From: a virus
Lineage: Duplodnaviria; Caudoviricetes
DNA length: 48,963 bases
Direction: 5' to 3' (one strand)
Virus record (IMG/VR): IMGVR_UViG_3300044852_000030
Location: 1-48,963 of that record
Shown: in pieces, positions 26,423-35,425 of the stretch
Layout of the letters: every line of letters starts with the position of its first letter
Position numbering within the stretch: the first letter of the stretch is position 1
Program-made: the position numbers and the translations under genes
Notes under the pieces: generated by a model
What the model saw: only the letters and a program-made list of their open reading frames with translations
Databases searched by the model: none
Told to the model about the DNA's origin: nothing

Positions 26423-26488
26423 ACTTAATGACGTGACTGTCAAGCGTCGTCAATGTATTATCATGTCCATATTTAATGGGGTCGACAC

Positions 26489-27154
26489 ATGGCACATACG
26501 CGATCAAAACAGCCGCAGATGCTCCGGGAAGCATTCCGTGAAATGATGAAAGGTGTCGCCACATCCACGCCTGGGCATATTCTCGCGTTCGACCCCGTTA
26601 CCCAACTCGCCCAAGTGCAGATCGGTATTGTACGTGTGGACCTGAACGGGGCTAAGTTCGACCCACCTGCAATCATCGAAACCCCCGTGTATTTCCCAGG
26701 GGGCGCATATCACGTTGAATACCAACTCGACCCAGGCGATGAGGGCGACATCCTGTTCAGCCAACGGTGTATTGACGGGTGGCTTCAAACGGGCGGTATC
26801 GCTGAGAATCCAATCGGTCGATTCCATGACCCGCAGGATGCTTTCTTTCTTCCTGGCTTCCGTTCCTTGCCCAACGCGCTCCCAGCGTTCCAGAACAATG
26901 GTATACGGCTGAGCAACCTGACCGGCACACAATTCATGTGGCTCAAGCAAGACGGGTCGATGGCGTGGGAGAACGGTTCAGGGTTCATCCGTATCGGCGC
27001 CGACGGCACCGTAAACATCAACGGTGTGACCATCGACGTGGCATCCCTTGTGACCACGCCGAACGATGTTAAAGCTGGTACTATTCAGCTCAAGACACAT
27101 CGCCACACTGGTGTTACTGCTGGTACGGCCACATCTGGAATCCCAACACCATGA
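26489..27154 (+). CDS. Baseplate spike / puncturing protein (Gp138/GpV-like)
   Basis: PV.FPGG, GDEG...FSQRCID, RFHD..DA.F.PG, terminal HRH metal motif. Confidence 0.88.
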   Translation: MAHTRSKQPQMLREAFREMMKGVATSTPGHILAFDPVTQLAQVQIGIVRVDLNGAKFDPPAIIETPVYFPGGAYHVEYQLDPGDEGDILFSQRCIDGWLQTGGIAENPIGRFHDPQDAFFLPGFRSLPNALPAFQNNGIRLSNLTGTQFMWLKQDGSMAWENGSGFIRIGADGTVNINGVTIDVASLVTTPNDVKAGTIQLKTHRHTGVTAGTATSGIPTP

Positions 27155-27504
27155 CAGTCCGACGTCTCGACCCCGTCACGGGTGACATCGTTACCAGCGG
27201 TGAGCAACAATTCATCGGTGGGCGTGAGGAAATTGCGCAGACTGTCAAGACTCGCTTGGCGCTGTTCCTCGGTGAATATTTCCGAGACATTACTGCCGGT
27301 ACGCCGTGGTACGAACAGATCCTTGGGAAGTTTACCAGCCTGGACGTCGCCGAAGCTGCGTTACGTGTGCGAATCGCTTCAACCCCGGGCGTTGTACACC
27401 TTACCAGTTTTGACACCGATTTCGATATCAACTCCCGCACGTACACGGTGACAGCGGGCATTCTCACCACCTACGGGGTTGACGAGGTAATTTTCAATGG
27501 CTGA
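27151..27504 (+). CDS. Baseplate wedge protein (gp25/Mu gp46-like)
   Basis: IAQTVKTRL.LFLGEYF.D...GTPW motif. Confidence 0.8.
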   Translation: MTVRRLDPVTGDIVTSGEQQFIGGREEIAQTVKTRLALFLGEYFRDITAGTPWYEQILGKFTSLDVAEAALRVRIASTPGVVHLTSFDTDFDINSRTYTVTAGILTTYGVDEVIFNG

Positions 27505-28711
27505 GGTTACAGCACAAGGGTACGTCTTAAAGATTCAGAACGACTGGTTCAATGAAGAGCGTCAGCTGTACCTCGACATCGACCCCCTGTGGAATCTCGA
27601 CGAGTCTACCCCCGACGGTCTGAAGCTCGCCCATGATGCCGAGGTGTTCGGTGTGTTGGATGAGACGCTGCAACAGGCGTACAACTCCAAAGACCCGAGT
27701 AAGGCCACAAAGGTCGATCTTGACGTCATCTGTGCGCTGACAGGCACCACTCGTTCCAACGGTACGCCTTCCAACGTCGCTGTAACGCTCACCGGAACAG
27801 CCGGAACGATTGTCGCAGCGGGGAAGCGCATCAAGTCCGCGACCACCGGGTCAGTCTGGACGCTTGACCAGACCGTGACGCTCACAGGTGGCACTGCGTC
27901 GACGACGGCCACATGCATCGTTACCGGACCGGTACAGGCTGACATTGGCACCATCACCGGTATCAGCGACGTGGTCGGCGGTTGGACGGGTGTAACGAAC
28001 CCCAGCGTAGCCACACCGGGTACGGATGAACAACTCGACTCATCGTTACGTATCGAGCGTGCGACGGCTGTAGGACGTCCAGGCAACAACCAGATCGATT
28101 CGGCATACGGTGAGTTATACGCCGTACCGGGTGTACGCCGGGTAAAGATTTACGAGAACGATACCGACGTTGCAACGGTTGACCCGGTATACAACCCGTG
28201 GGGGCTCCCACGTAAGTCGCTTGCCGTGCTGGTCGACGGCGGTGTCGATTATGACGTCGCTTACGCGATGTACATCAAGAAGAACCCAGGTGTATTCCTC
28301 GCTCAACCGGGTACACCGGTGACACTCACCGTCACGTCGCTGAAGTACCCGACGAACACCAAAGTGATCAAGTACAGCCGCCCGATCTATGTGGACATGG
28401 TGATCACTGTCACCCTGAAGAACGACGGCACGCTACCCCCTAACATCGCCGACTTGATCGATGCTGCGTTTCTGGAATTCACCAGTGGTACGCTGGTCCC
28501 TGCTGCCGACGGATTTAAACAGACAGGGTTCGACATCGGTGAGACTGTTCCGTACAGCACACTTTACGTTCCGATCAACCAAGTGATTGGGCAATACGGT
28601 AACAGCTACGTGCAATCGATGATCGTCAACGGTGGTACGTCTAACGTCGCGATAGCTTACAACCAGTTGTCACGCTGGACAGCGGCTAATATCACCACGG
28701 TGGTCGTCTGA
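27497..28711 (+). CDS. Baseplate J-like protein
   Basis: LD.I.AL.G..R, GW.GVTNP.....GTDE..D..LR motifs. Confidence 0.88.
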   Translation: MAEVTAQGYVLKIQNDWFNEERQLYLDIDPLWNLDESTPDGLKLAHDAEVFGVLDETLQQAYNSKDPSKATKVDLDVICALTGTTRSNGTPSNVAVTLTGTAGTIVAAGKRIKSATTGSVWTLDQTVTLTGGTASTTATCIVTGPVQADIGTITGISDVVGGWTGVTNPSVATPGTDEQLDSSLRIERATAVGRPGNNQIDSAYGELYAVPGVRRVKIYENDTDVATVDPVYNPWGLPRKSLAVLVDGGVDYDVAYAMYIKKNPGVFLAQPGTPVTLTVTSLKYPTNTKVIKYSRPIYVDMVITVTLKNDGTLPPNIADLIDAAFLEFTSGTLVPAADGFKQTGFDIGETVPYSTLYVPINQVIGQYGNSYVQSMIVNGGTSNVAIAYNQLSRWTAANITTVVV

Positions 28712-29352
28712 TGAACATTCCGGATCGGATCTATGCGCAGTACCGCACCAAGCCCAAGGCTGTCGAGTGGTATGCGATCTGCCGGACGCTTGGCGGTGAG
28801 ATCGAGGCGGCTGCCGAGGCTGTTCGAGGGTCGTATGACATCGACAACAACGTCGGTGCGCAGCTTGATGTGATCGGGCGAATCGTCGTAGCGAATCGTA
28901 ACTTCCTGGCTACGACACCTTTGTCGCCGGGGTTGTTTGCATTGACCGACGGCGATTCGTTCGGCGATACAAATGCCATGTTTAGCGCGACGACGATTGG
29001 TCAAGATGCGTCAATGTCGGATGAGTTCTTTCGACTGGTCATTCGTGCAAAAATCATCAAGAACAACAGCGACGCAACAATCGAATCGATCCTCGACGGC
29101 GTGACGTTTCTCATCCCCGGCGCAAATGTCATCAGGGTCATCGATGGCGAGGATATGTCGTTCGGTATCGAGTTCAGTGGTAACCTTACGGATCTCGAAC
29201 GCTGGGCGTTGCTGAATGCAAAATTAATACCAAAACCGCAGGGTGTTCGTTTCAATGGATTCCTTGACAGTTATATACCTTCGGAATTCGGTGACCTCGA
29301 CGCTGAATTCGGTGACCTCGACGCACAATTCCACGGTTATGTAGGAGTTTGA
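28711..29352 (+). CDS. Baseplate wedge (DUF2612 family)
   Basis: GAQLDVIGRIV, IRAKIIKN, PKPQGV motifs. Confidence 0.85.
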   Translation: MNIPDRIYAQYRTKPKAVEWYAICRTLGGEIEAAAEAVRGSYDIDNNVGAQLDVIGRIVVANRNFLATTPLSPGLFALTDGDSFGDTNAMFSATTIGQDASMSDEFFRLVIRAKIIKNNSDATIESILDGVTFLIPGANVIRVIDGEDMSFGIEFSGNLTDLERWALLNAKLIPKPQGVRFNGFLDSYIPSEFGDLDAEFGDLDAQFHGYVGV

Positions 29353-29356
29353 CCCC

Positions 29357-30343
29357 ATGGCTTTACAACGTGACACGCGGTATCCGGGCCGCTGGACAAC
29401 CGGTAACTCAGCACATCCCCAGGGCGCGTTTAAAAACCGCTCCGCCCCCGGCGCACTCGACGGTTCATACATTGAACAGGATTGGGCGAACGACTGGGAT
29501 GGTTTTTTTGCGTCACTGTTGAATGCCGCGTCAGTCACCCCCAACGGTAACGTCGATGCAGTAGGGTCATCGCAATATTTTACAGCACTGATGAATCTGA
29601 TGGGTCACGGTCAGTGCCGCCTTTCGGTGGCCAGTACAACGACGCTGACGCTGAGTCCGTATAATGGGCGTAATGTCGTCGTTAACGCCGCAGTACTACA
29701 GCTACCCACAGCAGGCGTGACATACACGATAAGTGGGTTGGCCGCTTCGACGGTATATTATGTTTACCTATCCGGCACAACTGCCGCACCTGTTCTGAAC
29801 CTGTCGACAACAGCTTATGTCACCGGTACAAACGGCGTAGTAGTGAAAAGCGGCGACGCTACACAGACACTTGTGGGCATGGTCCGCACGAACGCTTCCA
29901 CGCAGTTCGTTGACTCTGCGGCCATTCGCACGTGCCTGAACTGGTTCAACCGGAGAAAGATCGTTTCTGATGCGGCTCAAGCCGGACCATTCAGTTTTTC
30001 AAGCACTACACTTGCTGAAACGTCGTCCACACTCCGAGCCCAGTTTTTGACATGGGCCGACGATATTCCAATTGCGCAGGTCTCAGGGAACTTCACCCAG
30101 ACCAGCGGGACTCCATCAATCACAAGCCTGAGCCATCAGCTTTACATGGACGGTACGACGGCATACGGGCCAGGTTTAGCTTGCGTCGTTCAGCCTACGT
30201 GGAACATGCCGATTTCGGGTCATGGTGCACTAGGGGGTCTTTCGGAGGGGTATCACTACTCCACGCTTTTCACCGGTTTAGGTCCGAACGGCGGAACACT
30301 CAACGTCAATAATACCCAAAACTCTGTTCATATATTCGGGTGA
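29357..30343 (+). CDS. Tail fibre protein
   Basis: N-terminal 'DGSYIEQDWAND...PNG..D....SQYFTAL' fibre anchor; AGGAG SD. Confidence 0.8.
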   Translation: MALQRDTRYPGRWTTGNSAHPQGAFKNRSAPGALDGSYIEQDWANDWDGFFASLLNAASVTPNGNVDAVGSSQYFTALMNLMGHGQCRLSVASTTTLTLSPYNGRNVVVNAAVLQLPTAGVTYTISGLAASTVYYVYLSGTTAAPVLNLSTTAYVTGTNGVVVKSGDATQTLVGMVRTNASTQFVDSAAIRTCLNWFNRRKIVSDAAQAGPFSFSSTTLAETSSTLRAQFLTWADDIPIAQVSGNFTQTSGTPSITSLSHQLYMDGTTAYGPGLACVVQPTWNMPISGHGALGGLSEGYHYSTLFTGLGPNGGTLNVNNTQNSVHIFG

Positions 30344-30348
30344 TTGAA

Positions 30349-30714
30349 ATGACTCAGAAAGCAATCGGTCCATCATTTTCCGACGAACTCGCAGCCCATA
30401 GCGATTTAATTGGTCAGCACTTCACGTGGTCGCCAGACGGAACTATTGAGTTTTTCGAGGATACCCCTCAAACGGTAGTCGATAGCGTGCTTGCGGTGTA
30501 CGAATCCCACGACCCAAGTAAACCCGCCATGGGCGACCTAAAGTCACAGGCGAGGGTGGCTCTTGACGGCTCAGACGTAACCGTTCTTCGTTGTGCTGAG
30601 AGCGCCATCCCTGTCCCGCCAGCGTGGATTAAGTACCGGAAAACATTGCGTGAAATAGTTGGGGGTGCAGTTCAACCGCTTCCCGCGCAACCTCCTTACC
30701 CTGCCGGGACGTGA
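30349..30714 (+). CDS. Tail fibre assembly chaperone
   Basis: C-terminal 'W..YR..LR.......LP..P' motif. Confidence 0.75.
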   Translation: MTQKAIGPSFSDELAAHSDLIGQHFTWSPDGTIEFFEDTPQTVVDSVLAVYESHDPSKPAMGDLKSQARVALDGSDVTVLRCAESAIPVPPAWIKYRKTLREIVGGAVQPLPAQPPYPAGT

Positions 30715-30718
30715 ACTG

Positions 30719-31825
30719 ATGATCAATGCTTCAGACTATCCATGCTTGCAGGCAGCGCTTGACGCGTCCCTGAACGTCTTGATCCCTGCGGGGGTATATG
30801 TGGATCAGCCGTTGACGTTCAGGCCTGGGCATCGAGTGAGGGGTGAGGGGCGCGGAACTGTACTCAAGGCAACAGGAGCGGTCAGCGGGGCTTTTCTCAA
30901 CAGCCCCAATGCCGATAACGTGGAATTGAGCAATCTGGCGATAGACATCGATCCGATGTGCACTTCGCTGGTCGGGCTGCAAGTTCAAAACTCTACAGGT
31001 AGCCGCTTCTCGAATATTGTATTCACCAACTCTGGGCAAAGTTTCGGTGTGTATTCGCAAGATTGCACGGACTGTATTTTCGACTACATCGAAATGTCAT
31101 CAGCAAAAGTTCGCTGTATACATCACGAAAATGGGGTGAGGACAAAGACAAGGTATCATAAATTATCGTCGCCTGGGGTTGACCACTGTATCCAGATCCA
31201 TAAAGGCTCTAATAACGACGTTCAGTTTGGCTATGTTGAAAAAGCTCCGGCCTTTGGGATCAGCTATTACGAGACCAGCGGTGGCGATTGCTCAGGTAAC
31301 AAGGCCTACAACACAAAGGCCGAAGCCTACCAAATCACCAACGGCGGTAATATCAGAATTCATGATAACGACGCCGCCTGGGATCTGGGAAGGTCTGTAG
31401 ACTTTGGGATTTCTATATCCGGCGAAACCGTGTATCCGCCAAATGTAGCGCCTGTAAGGTCTTATGCAAATCTAAATAAAGTCTATAACAACATGATTGA
31501 TGGCTGCGGAAAGTCAGGTATTGCCATTGCGGGGAATGCCGCCCAAAATCATATACACAACAACTTAATTACTAATCCTTGCAATTTAGGGGAAGTTTTT
31601 ACGGCTGGTATTGTGTTATATGGCACGTACTGCACCAGCAACTATATTGAAAGCAATGTGATTGGATACTACGCAGCACCCTCTAAAATGCGCTACGGGA
31701 TAGCCGAGTGGAATTATGAAAGAGGTTATGCGTCATCTAACAGAATGGGATGCAATAAGGTCGCAGGTGCTGCGACCAGTATACTATTGCTTGGTTCTGG
31801 AAGCAGGGAATACATGAACTACTGA
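30719..31825 (+). CDS. Right-handed beta-helix (pectate-lyase-like) tailspike/depolymerase
   Basis: LQAALDA...VLIPAGVY, GEG..TVLK, repeated N.I..N.I parallel beta-helix turns. Confidence 0.8.
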   Translation: MINASDYPCLQAALDASLNVLIPAGVYVDQPLTFRPGHRVRGEGRGTVLKATGAVSGAFLNSPNADNVELSNLAIDIDPMCTSLVGLQVQNSTGSRFSNIVFTNSGQSFGVYSQDCTDCIFDYIEMSSAKVRCIHHENGVRTKTRYHKLSSPGVDHCIQIHKGSNNDVQFGYVEKAPAFGISYYETSGGDCSGNKAYNTKAEAYQITNGGNIRIHDNDAAWDLGRSVDFGISISGETVYPPNVAPVRSYANLNKVYNNMIDGCGKSGIAIAGNAAQNHIHNNLITNPCNLGEVFTAGIVLYGTYCTSNYIESNVIGYYAAPSKMRYGIAEWNYERGYASSNRMGCNKVAGAATSILLLGSGSREYMNY

Positions 31826-32019
31826 GGGCATTTCAAGTCCACCATATCGTTATGAGCCGCCACTTGTTCCTTGAGCTGGCGGCTCATAACTTTCCGGTCC
31901 CCCGCCGACGTTGTGATCGGCTTCACCCAGCTACACGCCGTGTCAATCGGGACGATTGTGCTTTGACAGCCTTGCGTCAAGCTCAGCATCAGAATCAGCA
32001 GCCACTGTGACTTCGACAT
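31819..32019 (-). CDS. o-spanin (Rz1-like lipoprotein)
   Basis: MSKSQWLLILMLSLTQGC lipobox; overlaps the 3' end of the i-spanin. Confidence 0.75.
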   Translation of the reverse strand: MSKSQWLLILMLSLTQGCQSTIVPIDTACSWVKPITTSAGDRKVMSRQLKEQVAAHNDMVDLKCPQ

Positions 32020-32197
32020 GTACACGTTCCTTGACGGCCTGCACCGTCGCTTTAGCCTGTTCGACTTGTTGGGTTTGTGACGCCTGTTCAACACCCTGTG
32101 TGATGCCGCTGGACTTACCGGCGCGGTGACCCACGAACGCCCCGATGATGGCACCCACGATGCCGATAACCGCCATGATGATCGCTGTGATGCTCAT
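31943..32197 (-). CDS. i-spanin (Rz-like)
   Basis: N-terminal TM plus helical periplasmic part, after the endolysin. Confidence 0.75.
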   Translation of the reverse strand: MSITAIIMAVIGIVGAIIGAFVGHRAGKSSGITQGVEQASQTQQVEQAKATVQAVKERVHVEVTVAADSDAELDARLSKHNRPD

Positions 32198-32649
32198 GCA
32201 ACGATACCCCCGCGACGTTTGAACACTGCGATCAGTGTGTCGATCTTGTGCTCGTGCTGCCCGTAATTAGCACCTGGGAGCGATGCCCAGCGCGACTTAC
32301 ACTTACCCAGCGCATCAGCGATACGACCCGCATCGATATCGTCAAGCGCTTTGCATTCACGAATCAGTTGAATCGCGATCAAGTCTTGACTACGCGGTGA
32401 GAAGTCCGGGAGTTTGAGTTGCGCCTTGTACACGTCGAAATATCGCGCCAGGATCTGATAGCGACCCGCCGCCGTGGACTTGATCCCGAGGCGTGGCAGA
32501 TCGATCAGCTTGCGCGGGTGATCGGCGTAACCGGTGAACAACCCACCACCGACCAACACGTCATACCCGCGATCCTTTGTCGGTTGACCCGGTTTATCGG
32601 TCCCTTCACTGTATGCCAGGGTGTCGAGGAACGCCGCGAGGTTGGTCAT
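32194..32649 (-). CDS. Endolysin, lambda R-type lytic transglycosylase
   Basis: AFLD.LAYSEGT, GYDVLVGG, STAAGRYQ, DFSP.SQD, WASLPG..YGQ. Confidence 0.93.
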   Translation of the reverse strand: MTNLAAFLDTLAYSEGTDKPGQPTKDRGYDVLVGGGLFTGYADHPRKLIDLPRLGIKSTAAGRYQILARYFDVYKAQLKLPDFSPRSQDLIAIQLIRECKALDDIDAGRIADALGKCKSRWASLPGANYGQHEHKIDTLIAVFKRRGGIVA

Positions 32650-32873
32650 GGCTTCGGTCCCGATACAGAGTTCTGATGAACCTGAAGCGCGACGAACGTC
32701 GACACAGACAGGCCGAGCATCACGAGCTTGTACGTCTGAGGGTCGATGTACTCTTGGATCTGAGGCATAAAACCGAGGATGTCGGACACGCTCAACCCGC
32801 CGAGTGCAGCGAGTAACCATGTCGACCAGCGCTTATACCATGCCCGCCATTGTGGGATTAATTGCATAACCAT
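32646..32873 (-). CDS. Holin
   Basis: Two hydrophobic segments, 'LIPQWR...KRWS' start; directly upstream of the endolysin. Confidence 0.75.
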   Translation of the reverse strand: MVMQLIPQWRAWYKRWSTWLLAALGGLSVSDILGFMPQIQEYIDPQTYKLVMLGLSVSTFVALQVHQNSVSGPKP

Positions 32874-32919
32874 TGCGCTCCGAATAGAATGTCAACTCTT
32901 ATCATACTGGAAGTCCCCG

Positions 32920-33042
32920 ATGAAACCTAAAGTAGCCGACAAGAAACCATCCAAAGACGCCGGTGGTGTAGGACGCAGTAAACCCGCTTCGACCGGTACA
33001 GGCACTGGCGATGCTGGTGGTAAAGGTCGTACCAAAAAATGA
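32920..33042 (+). CDS. 40-aa Lys/Gly-rich peptide with internal repeat
   Basis: MKPKVADKKPSKDAGGVGRSKPASTGTGTGDAGGKGRTKK; ATGA coupling to 33039. Confidence 0.6.
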   Translation: MKPKVADKKPSKDAGGVGRSKPASTGTGTGDAGGKGRTKK

Positions 33043-33509
33043 TTGTTTCCGTGCTGCTGTGCGTAATTGCCATCTTTGCATGGTGTCAACCGTCAGCAGC
33101 ACGGCGTAGAACTGCCCTCATCTTCGCCGCACCCACACTTGCGTTTACCTTGGTATCGGGTCTGTTTGACGACCAATGGTACTATATTAATGCCGCTTTA
33201 ACTGATTCGCTTGCTATCATACTGCTATCATCCCTCGTCGTTATCGACAGACTGGCAGTACGACTGATGATCCTCAGCGCAGTATCCATGTCTCTAAATG
33301 TCGTCGGGTTGGCGATGTACGAGATGTATCAACCCTCGACAATTTACGACGCGCTGTTCATCGCCCTATACGCTGGGGTAGTCATCGCACTTGCGGATCA
33401 GGAAGGCTCAAATGTGGGAATTCGTGGAGCTGACAGGTTATATCCTGGGCATGTGCGCGATGCTGGTGCAAGCCTTCGTATTAGTCATCAGAGCGATTCG
33501 CAAGTATGA
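33039..33509 (+). CDS. Multi-pass membrane protein
   Basis: About 4-5 hydrophobic segments. Confidence 0.75.
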   Translation: MIVSVLLCVIAIFAWCQPSAARRRTALIFAAPTLAFTLVSGLFDDQWYYINAALTDSLAIILLSSLVVIDRLAVRLMILSAVSMSLNVVGLAMYEMYQPSTIYDALFIALYAGVVIALADQEGSNVGIRGADRLYPGHVRDAGASLRISHQSDSQV

Positions 33510-33781
33510 ACATTCTCGACTCTCAGCCAGCCAGCATCGTGGTAGCCAGCGGAACAACAGTCACCGGCCTGTCGACGTGGTTGAATCTGATCCCGAGTGA
33601 GATAGGTAAACTTGCCACTGTTGTCGGTATCATCCTGTCGATCACCCTTATCGTGATGCACGTACGCAAAATGCGCCAGGAGGCGCGGGAGTCAGCATTG
33701 CGTGAGGAAATATTACGTGAGCAGCTCAGACGTGAAAAAGCCTCGAACAGTGCCGAGGCTACGTTGCGCAGCGTGGGTTAA
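33506..33781 (+). CDS. Holin/antiholin-like membrane protein
   Basis: TM segment(s) followed by a highly charged C-terminal tail. Confidence 0.6.
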   Translation: MNILDSQPASIVVASGTTVTGLSTWLNLIPSEIGKLATVVGIILSITLIVMHVRKMRQEARESALREEILREQLRREKASNSAEATLRSVG

Positions 33782-33783
33782 CC

Positions 33784-34992
33784 TTACCGACCCTTCTTCT
33801 CTTTGCGCATGACCAGATACCGACCGTACGCTTCAGACTTCGGTTGCGTCATGCCGAGCCCCTTGCACCACCAGTCATTGCGCAATAGCACTTTACACAT
33901 TCGACGCCATGATGGTGCCCATTGCTTGTCCTCCAATACCTTCGGCGCGAAGTCCGGGATACCATCGGTGTAACCGCGACCCTTCCAACCACGTAGGAAT
34001 ACCTTGAAGCGCGGAATGAAATGTTCCCGGGTAACCTTGGGCATGGTCGCGAGTAACAGATTACAGAAAGACTTATAAGTGTGACCCTCGGGCAATGTGA
34101 TCTTGTTATAACCCATAATGTTACCCGTCTCTTGCACGTATAGTGCCGCACTGTTTGCGCCGTTCACACGTGCCACGACGCGATACCACGTCTCGGGCTC
34201 GAGGATATGGTAAAGCCACAGGCCGCGTCGCTGATCGTCGCCGTATGGTTGGCACAATCGCTGCTGTGATGGTTTGACGCCCGCTTGGTGCATCAGGTCA
34301 TAAATAACGTTGTGTTCACGATCTGGATTCTTGGCGTGGTAGATCCAGATATCCTGGGTGCGCCAATCGTAGATTGGGTAGACGTTGTACACATCTTTCA
34401 TCACTTCCGTTGTCCAGCGGTTACCACCGTGCGTACCTTTGTTGAAAATCGCAATGGTACGGAAACGGTTCAGACTCTCGTCGCAACGAATACCGACGAA
34501 CGCCGCTGTGGGTTTATCACCGCCGTACCACTCTGCGAACAGGACTATAAATTCCTCAAACTCCATGTTCGGCTGGAACCAGGGGAGTTGTGCCGGATCG
34601 CTGATCACCCCAGCACGTGTCGGCATTGGACGTACCCAGTCAACCTTACGCTCAGGATCCCAGCAAGTCCACACGGGTTCGAAGTTACTCGATGCGTTGC
34701 GCAACTTGATGGGTAGACAGATCCAGTGAAGATCGATGTTGTCGGCATAGCGCTCGAACATCTCGTCGGCATGCTCAGACGTGCGTTTGTATTGCGCCTC
34801 GAAGTCGATCAGCATCACGCCGACCACTCGGTTACGTTTGATTGCCTCATCCATCACCAGATGGAACATGACCGACGAGTCTTTACCACCACTGAAACTG
34901 ATGAAAATGTTCTCAAAATGATCGAATGTGTATGCGATCCGCTCACGTGCGGCGGCGAGGACGTTGATGTTCAGATATTTTTTAAGTTCCAT
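33784..34992 (-). CDS. ibrA: IbrA-like PAPS-reductase family protein (DUF3440)
   Basis: SFSGGKDS PP-loop, GIRCDESLNR, YPIYDW...DIW, QRLCQPYGD, PSWRRMCK.LL.ND.WC..L. Confidence 0.85.
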   Translation of the reverse strand: MELKKYLNINVLAAARERIAYTFDHFENIFISFSGGKDSSVMFHLVMDEAIKRNRVVGVMLIDFEAQYKRTSEHADEMFERYADNIDLHWICLPIKLRNASSNFEPVWTCWDPERKVDWVRPMPTRAGVISDPAQLPWFQPNMEFEEFIVLFAEWYGGDKPTAAFVGIRCDESLNRFRTIAIFNKGTHGGNRWTTEVMKDVYNVYPIYDWRTQDIWIYHAKNPDREHNVIYDLMHQAGVKPSQQRLCQPYGDDQRRGLWLYHILEPETWYRVVARVNGANSAALYVQETGNIMGYNKITLPEGHTYKSFCNLLLATMPKVTREHFIPRFKVFLRGWKGRGYTDGIPDFAPKVLEDKQWAPSWRRMCKVLLRNDWWCKGLGMTQPKSEAYGRYLVMRKEKKGR

Positions 34993-34999
34993 TGTGACC

Positions 35000-35425
35000 T
35001 CAGTACAGATTCATTTCGGTGCGTGATGTAGCTTCGTCGGGTGCCAGGGGTTCACCACCATTAGCCACTAACCACGCGTTGAGCGCTTCCAGGGCGATCT
35101 GATCGGCGACCTGCTGTTGCTCATCGGTTAGCAGGTTGTAACCGCCCCGGTAGCGTGACGGGATGCGAAATGCGTACGCCGCCGCCGCTTGACCGAGCCA
35201 CGCGATACGATTCATGTTCGGGTTCGTCAGGTAATGCTCACACGAGTATTTCCACTCGCGGATGATCTTACTGAGGATGTCACGGAATAAAACGGTGTCG
35301 ATGAGTAACGCCCGATACATTTCCTGACAACCGTCATCACCGCCGAACCAGTCCGGACCTTTATTTTCATAGAACCCAGCGGGGTAACACTCCCACTTTT
35401 CCCACGTGTGATAGATTCGTTCCAT
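35000..35425 (-). CDS. Hypothetical protein between ibrB and ibrA
   Basis: 141 aa, Trp-rich, closely coupled to both neighbours. Confidence 0.8.
   Translation of the reverse strand: MERIYHTWEKWECYPAGFYENKGPDWFGGDDGCQEMYRALLIDTVLFRDILSKIIREWKYSCEHYLTNPNMNRIAWLGQAAAAYAFRIPSRYRGGYNLLTDEQQQVADQIALEALNAWLVANGGEPLAPDEATSRTEMNLY

Noticed and set aside
32865-32873. Holin dual-start motif (Met-Val-Met)
   Set aside because: Lacks the charged residue that defines lambda S107/S105-type antiholin starts; too weak to claim.
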